A stretch of 64,000 bases of DNA from Nitrosopumilus sp. (GCA_965197525.1 OZ240211.1:1376001-1440000); one strand, 5' to 3'; positions 50,326-61,418 are shown, counted from the stretch's first letter. Program-made: numbers and translations. The notes: generated from the letters alone by a model not told the origin.

Positions 50326-50549
50326 AATTCGTACATTAGAAACTAGTTACGTTTATTTTTAGAACTTGTAATAATGTTGTAACATAATCGATTTAAGTAC
50401 TAGTACTAATTTTCACCGCTATGTTTATTATCATATCATAAATCTGTTTTATATGATTTTCATATAATAATAATTTTAGTAATCAAAATTAAATCAATTG
50501 CTTAACAACTTGGCGATAAAAGGTTATAACTAGAATCATTTCACTTGTT

Positions 50550-53207
50550 ATGGGGATAATGGATAATCAAATAGAAAGCGCAATTAATAGGATCCGTAAA
50601 CGAAGCGGTGTTGTAACTGCTTTTAATAAGGATAAAATTTCAAATGCCATATTTCAGGCATTGTCTGCCACGTCTAAAGCCGATCGTGGTATTGCTGACC
50701 AACTTGCAAATGCTGTAATGAGCAAATTACATGAGCAAGGGTTTACAGATTCTAGAACGCCGACTGTTGAAGATATCCAAGATATTGTAGAATCAACTTT
50801 AATTGATAGTGGAAATAGTGATATTGCAAAAGCGTACATTGTCTATAGACACGAGAGACGGAAATTACGAGAGCAAAAAATGAATATACTAAATCTCAAA
50901 TCCCTTGATCCCGTATCAAAGAAATTTGATCTGAACTGTCTCCGAGTTTTGGCTTCAAGATACCTGTTCCGAAACGGAAAGAGTGAGATCATTGAATCCC
51001 CAACTGAGATGTTTGAGAGAGTTGCAGTACTAGTAGGAATAGGCGATCTCTTATATGACTCTGAGATCTTTGATAAATCCGGGAACTATAAACAAGACAT
51101 TGATGAAGCAAAATCATATCTTGAGAAATTAGATGCCTTTGATTATAAATTCAAGATAAAGGACTACTTTCTCAACAAATGGCATTTTAGATCTCTTATC
51201 AATCACTATGTGGCCTTGGCCGAACAAGGTCATATGAAGATAAGTTTTAAAAATGTCTTGACGTTACTTGCAGCAAAACAACTAGATATCTATGCAGATA
51301 AAATAACTGAATATTCTGAACTGATGACTACGCAAGACTTTCTACCAAATTCACCAACAATGATGAATGCCGGTGGAAGATTGGGTCAACTATCTGCATG
51401 TTTTGTGCTTGGAATGGACGATGGAATGGAACAAATCATGAAATCAACCTCTGATGCCGCATTAATCTTCAAATCCGGTGGTGGGGTTGGAATTAACTAT
51501 TCTAATCTTCGCGAAGAAGGCGATATTGTCGCATCAACCTCTGGTGTTGCATCAGGACCTGTGTCATTTATGAATATTATCAATACAGTAACTGAGGTTG
51601 TCAAACAAGGTGGTAAAAGACGTGGTGCAAACATGGGTATTATTGAGGCCTGGCATCCTGATGTTGAGAAATTTATTACAAACAAGACAGAACCCGGAAT
51701 TCTAGAGAATTTTAATATAAGCGTAGGTATATGGGAAGACTTTTGGAACGCACTTGTTAATACCGATAATGGTAACTATGTACTACGCAGTCCACGCAGC
51801 AGAAAACCAGTTAAAGAGATCAATGCACATCAATTAATTGATCTGATAGCATTGTCTGCATGGAAGAGTGCAGAACCAGGTCTGATCTTTTTTGATCAAA
51901 TAAACAAATACAATATATTTGCAAAAGCTAGGCAAGCACCACTCCGAGCAACTAATCCTTGTGGAGAGCAAAGTCTATACCCATACGAGTCATGCAACTT
52001 GGGTTCCATTAATTTGGCGAACCTCGTAAAACGCCAAGCAGACGGAACATATGAATTTGATTGGCAACGATACGAGGAGATAATTAGAAAAGCAACACGA
52101 TTCCTTGACAACATCATTGATGTCAATACATACCCAGTACCAGAAATTAACAGAGCATCAAAAGAATCAAGACGAATAGGATTGGGTGTTATGGGCGTTG
52201 CCGATCTTCTATACACACTGAGAATTCCATACAATTCTGAAGAAGGATATGAGCTGCAATCCAAATTAGCAGAAGCATTGACATACTATTCCATGGAAGA
52301 AAGCGTTGCTTTATCAAAATCTCGCGGTAAATTCCCATTGTGTTCCCTGACTGAATTTAACGATGGTAAGATTCCAATTGCTGGATATTATGAAAAACCA
52401 AAAGAATCCCACTGTTATGAATGGGTTCCATTGATTACCAAAATCAAAAAATATGGTATTAGAAATGTGTTGACTACCACTGTTGCACCTACTGGAACCC
52501 TGTCGATGATTGCGGACTGTTCCAATGGAATGGAACCTGCTTTTGCTTTAGTATTTGAGAAGAGAGTGACGGTTGGAAAGTTCTTTTACACAAACAAAAT
52601 TTTGGAAAAAGCATTGAAAGATGAAGGTCTGTATACAGATGATCTATTAGCAAAGATAGCAGACAATTATGGTTCATTGCGAGGTTTAGATGAAATACCC
52701 CAGTGGATGCAGGATGTATTTGTTACAGCCATGGATATTCATTGGGCTGATCATCTGATGGCTCAAGCAGTATGGCAAGATTGGATTGGTAATGCTATTG
52801 CAAAGACGATCAATATGCCATATGATGTAACTGCTGATGATGTAAAATCTGCATACCTGCTCGCACACGAGTTAGGACTAAAAGGAATGACTGTATATCG
52901 TGACGGTTCAAGACACACTCAAGTATTACACATGACCAGTGAGAATGCAGCAAAGACATTTACAGTTTCCCCAAGCAAGTATATGACTGCATATGTTTCT
53001 TCACACATCACAAATCCCTACATCAAATCTCAAGTCGATACCTCACTTGCATTGAAGACCCATGATGTAGATATTCCTCCTGACTCCTCAAAGGATGAAA
53101 ACATTTCAGATGATCGTCTGTGCCCTACATGTAAAAATGCTCTAGTCTTTGTAGAGGGATGCAGTATTTGTATTGAATGTGGGTACAGCGGTTGCGCGTC
53201 AGGATAA
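50550..53207 (+). CDS. nrdJ: Class II (adenosylcobalamin-dependent) ribonucleotide reductase with ATP-cone
   Basis: PNSPTMMNAG, LSACFV, TNPCGEQ, APTGTLS, C-terminal C..C..C..C tail. Confidence 0.95.
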   Translation: MGIMDNQIESAINRIRKRSGVVTAFNKDKISNAIFQALSATSKADRGIADQLANAVMSKLHEQGFTDSRTPTVEDIQDIVESTLIDSGNSDIAKAYIVYRHERRKLREQKMNILNLKSLDPVSKKFDLNCLRVLASRYLFRNGKSEIIESPTEMFERVAVLVGIGDLLYDSEIFDKSGNYKQDIDEAKSYLEKLDAFDYKFKIKDYFLNKWHFRSLINHYVALAEQGHMKISFKNVLTLLAAKQLDIYADKITEYSELMTTQDFLPNSPTMMNAGGRLGQLSACFVLGMDDGMEQIMKSTSDAALIFKSGGGVGINYSNLREEGDIVASTSGVASGPVSFMNIINTVTEVVKQGGKRRGANMGIIEAWHPDVEKFITNKTEPGILENFNISVGIWEDFWNALVNTDNGNYVLRSPRSRKPVKEINAHQLIDLIALSAWKSAEPGLIFFDQINKYNIFAKARQAPLRATNPCGEQSLYPYESCNLGSINLANLVKRQADGTYEFDWQRYEEIIRKATRFLDNIIDVNTYPVPEINRASKESRRIGLGVMGVADLLYTLRIPYNSEEGYELQSKLAEALTYYSMEESVALSKSRGKFPLCSLTEFNDGKIPIAGYYEKPKESHCYEWVPLITKIKKYGIRNVLTTTVAPTGTLSMIADCSNGMEPAFALVFEKRVTVGKFFYTNKILEKALKDEGLYTDDLLAKIADNYGSLRGLDEIPQWMQDVFVTAMDIHWADHLMAQAVWQDWIGNAIAKTINMPYDVTADDVKSAYLLAHELGLKGMTVYRDGSRHTQVLHMTSENAAKTFTVSPSKYMTAYVSSHITNPYIKSQVDTSLALKTHDVDIPPDSSKDENISDDRLCPTCKNALVFVEGCSICIECGYSGCASG

Positions 53208-53505
53208 ACAATTCCACCTTCTCTCATATATGATCGATTAGTGGTTTCTGTACGATAGTATGTCCATTGAAAGTTATGTGTAATACAGTATGAAAAATAA
53301 TACTTTATCTCCCATCAGATTTGTCCAATTAACTCGTAAAAATGTAAAGATGCTAGCTTTCATCAGTACTGATCTCCATGCCCGATATATTTGTCAGGTA
53401 CGTATCAAATGATCTTGGTTTTCTGGTGTTACAAGTATTGGTTGGTTGTTATATTGAATATAGTCGTATTTTTTACTTTGTATCAAATAAAAAGAATAAA
53501 TTACT

Positions 53506-54681
53506 ATGTACAAACACTCAACTATTATGGACAAGAAGATTTTAGGAATAGCATCATCTGCTAGCGCTGCTGTAATTGTTATTATTGTTATTATTTTTGC
53601 TACAGCTACGTTACCACCATCACCTGACTCTGTGGACGTTACCCAAAAAATTAATGAGAAGATCGGTCTTGTAATTAATTCACCTACACAAACAGTCTCA
53701 CTACAACAAATTGATTCTATTTATTCTGATGCCTCATTGACTGGTATAGGCAGAAGTAATGTGTATGTATTTTGGAATATCATTGAGCCACAGCGTGGAG
53801 AATATGATTGGGGCCAATATGATGTTTTAATGGGGTTAAGTGAGAAAAATAATCTCAAAGTTACGCTCTTCTTTTCGATAATTAATGGTGAGACATTAGG
53901 GCCTTTCCCAGATTGGATTGGAAATCCTTCTCTTAATGCAATTGGTCAAGACAGACTTGTAAATACGCTTGACGCCATTCTTTCACGGTATCATATAATA
54001 GACTCTGTAATTCTTGCAGGTGAGACAGAATCCCAATTTCGTTACTCTGAACAAAATATTCCAGTATACAACGAGTTATTTACCGATGTTTATGCAGAAC
54101 TAAAAGATAGACATCCGGATGTGAAATTTGGTAACTCGTTTGCTTTGCATCATGTATTGAATAAAAATTTAGAGCATATTGTTGATGATCTAGTAATTGG
54201 TGATTTTGTTGCATTCTCTTACTCTCCAGTTGATAATCTCAATGACATTGTAAAGACACCTCAAGATGCTGTCAATGATCTAAGTCAAGTCTTTGAGCTA
54301 GTACCAAACAAACCAATAGGATTGTTTGAGATTAGTTGGAGCACCTCTGACTTTGTAGGTGGAAATTCTACTTCTCAACATCAATTTATGGAGAACTTGT
54401 TTGATTTTTATTTAGCAAACGAATCAAACATTGAATTCATGACGTGGTACCGATATTATGACAAATTTGAGGGAACCTGTGTTGTAGAAGAGCAAACAAT
54501 TGGTACCAAAAATATTACTGTTGGAGGAGGCTCAATACTTGGTACCAGTGAGCATATTATCGAACGACTAAACCATTACAATTGTAATGCTGGTTTAGTT
54601 GATATTAATGGAGATCCAAAATCTGGACTCGTTGAATTTAACAATCAAATTGATATATTGACGATGATGATGACGAATTAG
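53506..54681 (+). CDS. Membrane-anchored glycoside-hydrolase-like TIM-barrel protein
   Basis: N-terminal TM; W..IEPQRGEYDW, AGETE, IGLFEISW. Confidence 0.6.
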   Translation: MYKHSTIMDKKILGIASSASAAVIVIIVIIFATATLPPSPDSVDVTQKINEKIGLVINSPTQTVSLQQIDSIYSDASLTGIGRSNVYVFWNIIEPQRGEYDWGQYDVLMGLSEKNNLKVTLFFSIINGETLGPFPDWIGNPSLNAIGQDRLVNTLDAILSRYHIIDSVILAGETESQFRYSEQNIPVYNELFTDVYAELKDRHPDVKFGNSFALHHVLNKNLEHIVDDLVIGDFVAFSYSPVDNLNDIVKTPQDAVNDLSQVFELVPNKPIGLFEISWSTSDFVGGNSTSQHQFMENLFDFYLANESNIEFMTWYRYYDKFEGTCVVEEQTIGTKNITVGGGSILGTSEHIIERLNHYNCNAGLVDINGDPKSGLVEFNNQIDILTMMMTN

Positions 54682-54682
54682 A

Positions 54683-55372
54683 ATGATCTCTTTTGTTTTG
54701 GCAGAATCCTCGTTGGAACTTGTCCCATTTGAATTACAGCATCATACATCAGTTGTATCACATGCCAGACGACGCAAAAAACATCCATCAGAGATTTTAC
54801 TTGATAACTCTTGGCATTTTGCAGCTATGAAAAAAATCAAAGATGAGCTAAAGAGAGGAAGACCTGACATCGTGCATTTTTCTATTCTTGAGGCCACAGC
54901 TATTCCTTTATACCTTCAAAACAAAATGAAATTCTTTGTTCATACAACAGATGATAAAGTGATATCCTTTGGCAAAAACGTTCGTCTTCCCAAGTCTTAT
55001 CACAGATTTGCAAATTTGATTGAAAAATTATATCAAGAAAAACAGATTATGGCCAATCGTAGTACTAATCATGACGATCCAAATATGCTACTTGAGATTA
55101 AAGAACAGACATTTACAGAGCTTGTAGATGAGATTAATCCCTCTAAAATAATCGGTCTCTCTACTCAGGGTCGCAGCAGTACATATGAGAAGATTGCAGC
55201 CGAGATCTCCGATAATATGTGTATCGTGCTAGGGGGATTTCAAAAAGGTCACTTTTCTGATTCAGTTACGCACCAACTTGACGATCTTTATTCAATAGGT
55301 ACAGAATCCTTCGAATCGCATGTTGTAGTAGCGCGCATTCTGTACGAGTATGAAAAAACCATTTTTATGTAG
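54683..55372 (+). CDS. nep1: 16S rRNA pseudouridine methyltransferase Nep1/Emg1
   Basis: LAESSLELVP, RGRPDIVH, RLPKSYHRF, LGGFQKGHF. Confidence 0.92.
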   Translation: MISFVLAESSLELVPFELQHHTSVVSHARRRKKHPSEILLDNSWHFAAMKKIKDELKRGRPDIVHFSILEATAIPLYLQNKMKFFVHTTDDKVISFGKNVRLPKSYHRFANLIEKLYQEKQIMANRSTNHDDPNMLLEIKEQTFTELVDEINPSKIIGLSTQGRSSTYEKIAAEISDNMCIVLGGFQKGHFSDSVTHQLDDLYSIGTESFESHVVVARILYEYEKTIFM

Positions 55373-55394
55373 GCTGTAAAATTTGCATTTTATT

Positions 55395-55468
55395 GCAGTC
55401 ATAGTATAGCCTGGTTAGTATTCGGGGTTTCCAACCCTGTGACGCGGGTCCGAATCCCGCTGACTGCA
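55395..55468 (+). tRNA. tRNA-Gly (anticodon TCC)
   Basis: Acceptor GCAGTCA/TGACTGC, anticodon arm CGGGG-TTTCCAA-CCCTG, T arm GCGGG-TCCGAAT-CCCGC. Confidence 0.9.
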
Positions 55469-55512
55469 TTTTTTAGTAACCAATTTTTAGGTACAATTTT
55501 ACATATTATTAC

Positions 55513-55821
55513 ATGAAACCAGCAGTTAGGCAGATTGCAGTAGAGAGAATGCAGATTTTAATTGACAGTGCTATCAAACATGCAAACACCGATCCTGATC
55601 TATCTGAGCGTTATGCATTTCTTGCTCGTAGAATTAGTACAAGATATAAAATTCAAATGCCTTTTAACTTTCGAATGCTTTTCTGTAAAAAATGCAAATC
55701 CTTTATTGCTCCAGGAATTAATTCTAGAATTCGTCTAGGACGCACATCTGTAAAATCAATTCGAGTATCTTGTAATTTATGCGGACACACTTATCGTAAA
55801 ATCATACACAAAAAACCATAA
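55513..55821 (+). CDS. rnp4: RNase P protein component 4 (Rpp21/Rpr2)
   Basis: IAVERM..L, FCKKC...PG.N.RIR..C..CG. Confidence 0.92.
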   Translation: MKPAVRQIAVERMQILIDSAIKHANTDPDLSERYAFLARRISTRYKIQMPFNFRMLFCKKCKSFIAPGINSRIRLGRTSVKSIRVSCNLCGHTYRKIIHKKP

Positions 55822-56562
55822 TAACTCGTACATATCTGAAATTTTTATTCTAACAAATCTCAGTGTCTGTTTGGTCTAATCATTAACCCATTCAAACATG
55901 TTTCTTTGTTTTCTTGTATAATGTAAACTAGACAGTTTTATTATACCGATTTGGCAATATTATATTGATCACTTTTTAAAAATATATTTCTAGTTTGGCA
56001 TGTTAATCTGTTGTCATATTTTTAATCTGAGAAATATTTTAACAAAGCTAACACATATTTTAAGAATGATTTACAATTAATTTCAAATTATTTGTTAAAT
56101 GTGTATTTTAATAAACAAAAATATCACATTTAAAACAAAAGACAGATTAAACCAAGAAGGAAGACCACTATCAATTCACAAATATTTCATATACGGTTCC
56201 AGATGTTATGTTATCTTATCTTATATACAGCATACTGGCACCATCTCTACCGTTCTTTTATCTGGCATGAAAAATTTCGATAACCTGTGATCTCATTCAT
56301 AAAACTATCACAATCTATTCAACATTTTTCTTACATTACAAGTTAAGAACAAATCTCAAAACTATTAAATTCATGTTTAACGTACAGATACTATGGGATT
56401 TTTACAAAACATGGGCAAATACTGTATTCTAAAGAAGGTTCGCGATAGAGCTGATGAACCTGAAGAAAAATAATCTACTATCTTGATATTTTTTACCTAA
56501 AGATTTGTTTTCAATTATTCTATCTCTATGATTTATAAGACGATTCTCAGTTTTTTGATCCT

Positions 56563-57015
56563 ATGGCAAAAGTATATGATGTACCGGCAGATGAATTGAT
56601 ACAAAGATTAGCAGCTGCTCTGAGGACTGAAGATATTCCTGCCCCTTCTTGGATACCATTTGTCAAAACAGGAACCCATGCAGATAAACCTCCTCAAAAT
56701 AGAGATTGGTGGCATACAAGATGCGCTTCAATCCTGAGAAAAATTTACCTTAACGGTCCAATTGGAATTAACGCTTTAAGAAATGACTATGGTGGTGGCA
56801 AACCATCAGGATATGGAGCTGCTCATCATAAAGATGCTGGTGGTGCAATCATTCGTAATGCTATTCAAGGATTAGAGAAACTCGGCTATGTGGAGCAAGT
56901 TGAGAGAAAAGGACGTATTATATCAAAACACGGGATGCAAAAACTTGATAGACTATCTACAGAGATTCTTAAAGAACTGATTGTTGAAAATCCTCAACTG
57001 AAAGTATACTCTTAG
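56563..57015 (+). CDS. rps19e: 30S ribosomal protein S19e
   Basis: VYDVPA, P.W..FVKTG, WWHTRCASILRKIY. Confidence 0.95.
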   Translation: MAKVYDVPADELIQRLAAALRTEDIPAPSWIPFVKTGTHADKPPQNRDWWHTRCASILRKIYLNGPIGINALRNDYGGGKPSGYGAAHHKDAGGAIIRNAIQGLEKLGYVEQVERKGRIISKHGMQKLDRLSTEILKELIVENPQLKVYS

Positions 57016-57022
57016 ATTAAAA

Positions 57023-57304
57023 ATGAGCCTTCCAGAATCCAACGATCCACCCAACGATAACACAAATCATCAACTAGCTGCCCAAAAAGAGCAGATTCTA
57101 AAACAAGTTCTTACATCTGAGGCTAGAATGAGACTGAACAATATCAAAATGGTAAAACCCGAACTATCTGATATGGTTGAGCAGTATCTGATTGGAATGG
57201 CAAGCCAAGGACAGATTCGTGGACAAATTAATGATGAGCAACTAAAGCAAATATTACTCTCTACCCAGCAACCAAAACGCGATTTTAAGATAAACAGAAT
57301 CTAA
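57023..57304 (+). CDS. PDCD5-family dsDNA-binding protein
   Basis: LTSEARMRLNNIKMVKPE, RDFKINR. Confidence 0.88.
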   Translation: MSLPESNDPPNDNTNHQLAAQKEQILKQVLTSEARMRLNNIKMVKPELSDMVEQYLIGMASQGQIRGQINDEQLKQILLSTQQPKRDFKINRI

Positions 57305-57426
57305 CTATTATTACGGTATCTAAAAACTTGTAGCTTCTGTCCAGTTCTGACTCCACTAATATCAAATAATAATTCGACAGACGTTCCGATGAAAAATATA
57401 ATTATGGGTATAAAATCACCTAATAC

Positions 57427-58506
57427 ATGAAAGCCGTTGTATACCACGAATATGCACCAGATGATAATTTTGCTAAAATCCTCAAAGTTCAGGATATAGA
57501 TTCACCAGAACCAAAAGCAGACGAGGTAGTCTTTAAAGTAAAGGTTTCTGCCTTGAACTATAACGATATTTGGGGAATGCGAGGCCAGCCTGTCGCTGTT
57601 CCGCTGCCACATGTATCAGGTTCTGATGCAGCAGGAGACGTAATTGCCGTAGGCGAGGACGTCAAAAATATCAAAGTTGGAGATAGAGTAGTATCTCACT
57701 CTAATATGGCATGCCGTGTTTGTAAAGCCTGTACTGACGGCAGAGAATTTGATTGTATTAATAGAACTATTTGGGGATTTCAGACCGGCCCAACATGGGG
57801 TGCATTTTCTGAAATAACTCATTTACCTGAAGTTAATGTTGCAAAGATCCCAGAGGGTGTATCATATGAGGATGCAGCTGCTGCATCAATGACTATCTTA
57901 ACAGCTTGGCATATGTTGGTTGGAAGAGCCAAAATTATACCTGGTCAAACCGTTCTGATTATGGGTGGCGGTTCTGGTGTAGGTAGTTTCGGAATTCAGA
58001 TTGCAAAATTATACAACTGTGATGTTATTGCAACTGCAAGTCCTGACAAATTAGACAAATGTCTTGAACTAGGAGCTGATTTTGCAGTAGATCACAGAAA
58101 AGATGATTGGCATAAAGAGGTTAGAGCAATTACCAAGGGAATAGCAAAGAAGAAAGGGGAGATACCTGGAATCGATGTCTCTTTTGATCACATTGGTCAA
58201 ACACATTGGAACAAACAACTTACCTTACTCAAATACGGTGCAACTCTAGTCTCATGTGGTGCAACGACCGGATATGATGCACATACTGACCTTAGACATA
58301 TCTTCTTTAAAGGAACTAATATCTTAGGCTCAACACAAGGAACAAAAGCTGAGTTAGAACAAGGACTCTATTGGATGGGTCAAGGCAAGATCAAATCTGC
58401 AGTAGATTCAACTTATAGCTTTGAACAAGCAGCAGAAGCTCACACCAAGATGTTAACTGGAAAGGGTCTCTTTGGCAAAATCTTGTTAAAGCCTGAGAAC
58501 GCTTAA
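57427..58506 (+). CDS. Medium-chain (Zn-binding) dehydrogenase/reductase
   Basis: GSDAAG, structural C..C..C..C, GGGSGVG; physiological substrate not assignable from sequence. Confidence 0.85.
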   Translation: MKAVVYHEYAPDDNFAKILKVQDIDSPEPKADEVVFKVKVSALNYNDIWGMRGQPVAVPLPHVSGSDAAGDVIAVGEDVKNIKVGDRVVSHSNMACRVCKACTDGREFDCINRTIWGFQTGPTWGAFSEITHLPEVNVAKIPEGVSYEDAAAASMTILTAWHMLVGRAKIIPGQTVLIMGGGSGVGSFGIQIAKLYNCDVIATASPDKLDKCLELGADFAVDHRKDDWHKEVRAITKGIAKKKGEIPGIDVSFDHIGQTHWNKQLTLLKYGATLVSCGATTGYDAHTDLRHIFFKGTNILGSTQGTKAELEQGLYWMGQGKIKSAVDSTYSFEQAAEAHTKMLTGKGLFGKILLKPENA

Positions 58507-58513
58507 TATTTTA

Positions 58514-59368
58514 ATGACGCAACAACTCTTTCGAAGCCTACTTTTTGTTCCAGGTAATAATCCTAGATTTATTGAGAAGTCAAAAAACATCCAAGCAGAC
58601 ATCATTTGCTTTGATCTTGAAGATTCAGTTCCTGATGCAGAGAAGGTTAATGCGCGCAAACTAATCAAATCTGCATTAAAATCTAGACAGTCGTATACCT
58701 CGTCCATTTTTGTACGTACTAACTCTCCTGCTTCAGGAGAAATTTCATCAGATCTTAAAGCCGTACTTCAAAAAGGCATTGATGGTATTGTTATTCCTAA
58801 AGTGAACAATACTGATGATTTAAAACATATTGAAAAAATTATGTCAAGATTAGAGACTAGACGTGAATTAAAACCAACTCAAATCATTCCATCCATCGAG
58901 TCAGCAACAGGTGTCGTCAACGCATTTGCAATTGCATCATTTGGAATACGTGTGGTTGCTTTAGTCTTTGGTGTCTTTGATCTATTAAATGATTTAGGAA
59001 TAGAATACACTAAAGATTCAGATGGGGCAAAATACTCTAGAAGAAAAATATCAGTTGATGCGCATGCTGCCGGCGTACCAATAATAGATGCAATCTGGCA
59101 AGATCTAAAAGATTCTAAAGGATTCAAAAAAGACTGTAAATCTGGTAAACGTCTTGGATATTCTGGTAAAAGCATCATCCATCCTGATCAAATCCCTGTT
59201 GTTCATAAATTATTTCATCCAAACAAAGGTGAAATCTTATGGGCACAAAAAGTGTGTAAAACCTATCTTGAATCAATTAAAAAAGGACGAGGTGCTACTA
59301 CAATTGATGGAAAGATGATAGACGAGGCCCACTACAAGCAAGCAAAAGCTATTTTAGAGATTCAGTAA
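58514..59368 (+). CDS. CitE/malyl-CoA-lyase-family (HpcH/HpaI) protein
   Basis: RSLLFVPG, DLEDSV, IVIPKV, IESA.G, GKSIIHPDQI, MIDEAH. Confidence 0.88.
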   Translation: MTQQLFRSLLFVPGNNPRFIEKSKNIQADIICFDLEDSVPDAEKVNARKLIKSALKSRQSYTSSIFVRTNSPASGEISSDLKAVLQKGIDGIVIPKVNNTDDLKHIEKIMSRLETRRELKPTQIIPSIESATGVVNAFAIASFGIRVVALVFGVFDLLNDLGIEYTKDSDGAKYSRRKISVDAHAAGVPIIDAIWQDLKDSKGFKKDCKSGKRLGYSGKSIIHPDQIPVVHKLFHPNKGEILWAQKVCKTYLESIKKGRGATTIDGKMIDEAHYKQAKAILEIQ

Positions 59369-59426
59369 TAATGCATTCTAATTAGAATTTATTAAATATA
59401 AACAGTTTCAACTAAACTCTAGTAAG

Positions 59427-60131
59427 ATGGTTGATCTACTTGATCCTTCAGGCGTAATTACTAGGATGTTCAATGCCAGAAAATATGATGAAATGTATGT
59501 TTACTGTAAACAATTACTAGAAAAAATTCCAAATGACATGCTTGCACTGCAAAATATTGCTCTGGCTCTAATCTATCTAAAAAAGTATGATGAGGCTATT
59601 CTTTACTGTGACCAAGTTTTAAAAATCAGCGATTCTGATGTATATGCGCTTAAAAATAAGATTTATGCCCTTGAGAATTTAAAACAATACACCCAAGTTT
59701 TAGAATTATGTAAAAAAATCCTTGCAACCAATTCAAAAGATGTTTGGGCTCTGAACAGTATGGGGTTATCTCTCAACGAGTTAAACAGACATAAAGAAGC
59801 CCTTGAATGCTATGACACATCCCTTTTAATTGATCCAGATGATGTGACCGCATTGATGAACAAGGCTATCTCACTTGATCATCTTGGTAACTACAAAGAT
59901 TCCATTGATTATTATGATAAAGCACAAATAATTGATTCTACTCTAAAAGAGATACCACTTGCTAAATCCCGATTGTTTGAAAAATTAAAGATGAGTGATG
60001 ATGCATTCTTAGCTGCACAAGGTGTTTTAAACAAAGACATGCAACAAATCAAAGATAACGCAAAAAATAACAAATGTTCCGTGTTTCATCAGTTCTGTGA
60101 TGATGAATTTCAGAAATCAAAAGACCGATGA
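59427..60131 (+). CDS. TPR-repeat protein
   Basis: Repeated 34-aa helical units (AL.N..LAL..L..Y.EA..YD..L). Confidence 0.85.
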   Translation: MVDLLDPSGVITRMFNARKYDEMYVYCKQLLEKIPNDMLALQNIALALIYLKKYDEAILYCDQVLKISDSDVYALKNKIYALENLKQYTQVLELCKKILATNSKDVWALNSMGLSLNELNRHKEALECYDTSLLIDPDDVTALMNKAISLDHLGNYKDSIDYYDKAQIIDSTLKEIPLAKSRLFEKLKMSDDAFLAAQGVLNKDMQQIKDNAKNNKCSVFHQFCDDEFQKSKDR

Positions 60132-60393
60132 TTTTTAATTAGTATAAATGCGTATATCTTTTATTTTATACGTTAGCTAGTTTGAACGTGTTGTTGATGT
60201 TTACATTGACATTCTGTATCCTTAAAATTTAGTGCAACAGATACTATATTTCATCCATCTAGCAAATAGTGGTTTGTTTCTGACTCTGATTCTGTTGTTA
60301 TTTCTCTAACAACGTACTAGCTTCTTTTCTATCTCTTGACTCATCTATCACCTATCTGAAGAATTTTTATAGATAAAATTCATAGTTGATTTA

Positions 60394-60987
60394 ATGTTTA
60401 CTGGAATTATTGAGGGAACTGGAAAGATAGAAAAAATTTCTACAAATACAAAAAATAAAAGCGCAGTTCAAATGACCATAAATTTAGGCAAACAAGCACA
60501 GGGATTGAAGATTGGACAGAGTGTTGCTATAAATGGAACCTGTCTTACTGCAACAAAACTCTCTAAACCTAACTGTACCTTTGAAATGATTGACGAGACA
60601 GTAAAGAAGACCGATCTTGGAAATTTACAAGCTGGTGATATTGTAAACATTGAACGAAGTTTAAAAGTTGGCCAACGCCTAGAAGGACACTTTGTTTTAG
60701 GTCACGTTGATGGAGTGGCAACAATTAAGAAGATTTTAGAGAAGCCAAAAGAAGTTCAGGTTTGGTTTCAAGTTCCTAAAGCGCTATCCCAGTATATGGT
60801 AAAAAAAGGCTCTATAGCACTAGACGGAATTAGTCTCACTCTAGTTGATGTTAAAGGTACACTTGCATCAGTCTCATTAATTCCTCATACAATTAACGTA
60901 ACAAACTTTCATACCAAAAAAGTAGGGGATAAAGTCAATATTGAGACTGATATTCTTGGGAAATATATCTCACAAAAACAAACATGA
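60394..60987 (+). CDS. ribC: Riboflavin synthase (bacterial alpha-chain type)
   Basis: MFTGIIE, SVAINGTCLT, GHFVLGHVDG, VNIETD. Confidence 0.95.
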   Translation: MFTGIIEGTGKIEKISTNTKNKSAVQMTINLGKQAQGLKIGQSVAINGTCLTATKLSKPNCTFEMIDETVKKTDLGNLQAGDIVNIERSLKVGQRLEGHFVLGHVDGVATIKKILEKPKEVQVWFQVPKALSQYMVKKGSIALDGISLTLVDVKGTLASVSLIPHTINVTNFHTKKVGDKVNIETDILGKYISQKQT

Positions 60988-61418
60988 TTTACTCGTATTA
61001 GATAATTTATTTCATATTCCTGTGACTACATACTTTGAGTAACCGTTCACGTCATTTAGGAGTTTAAATCATGAAAATTGGTTTGGTGTATTCTCATATG
61101 TCAAAAACTTGATGTAGATTACTTTGGTTTGTTATCAAATTTTTGTAATTAATCCTGCTATGTTAATTTTTTAGAAAACAAATATGATAATTAAAGTCAA
61201 TAATTCAGGTGACAATCAAAATGACCAAGAACATAGATCCTAGAAGAGAGATTGCAGAATTAAAGAATATCTCAAGGATGAAAAACCAATGTAATACATT
61301 TGTCAGATAATCTGATTTTGGCAGTGCAATACACTAATTTTCCATCCTTTATACATACGTCATTTTTTAAAATAATAAAATCTCGTATACTTATATAGTT
61401 TCATACCAAACCAACGTT

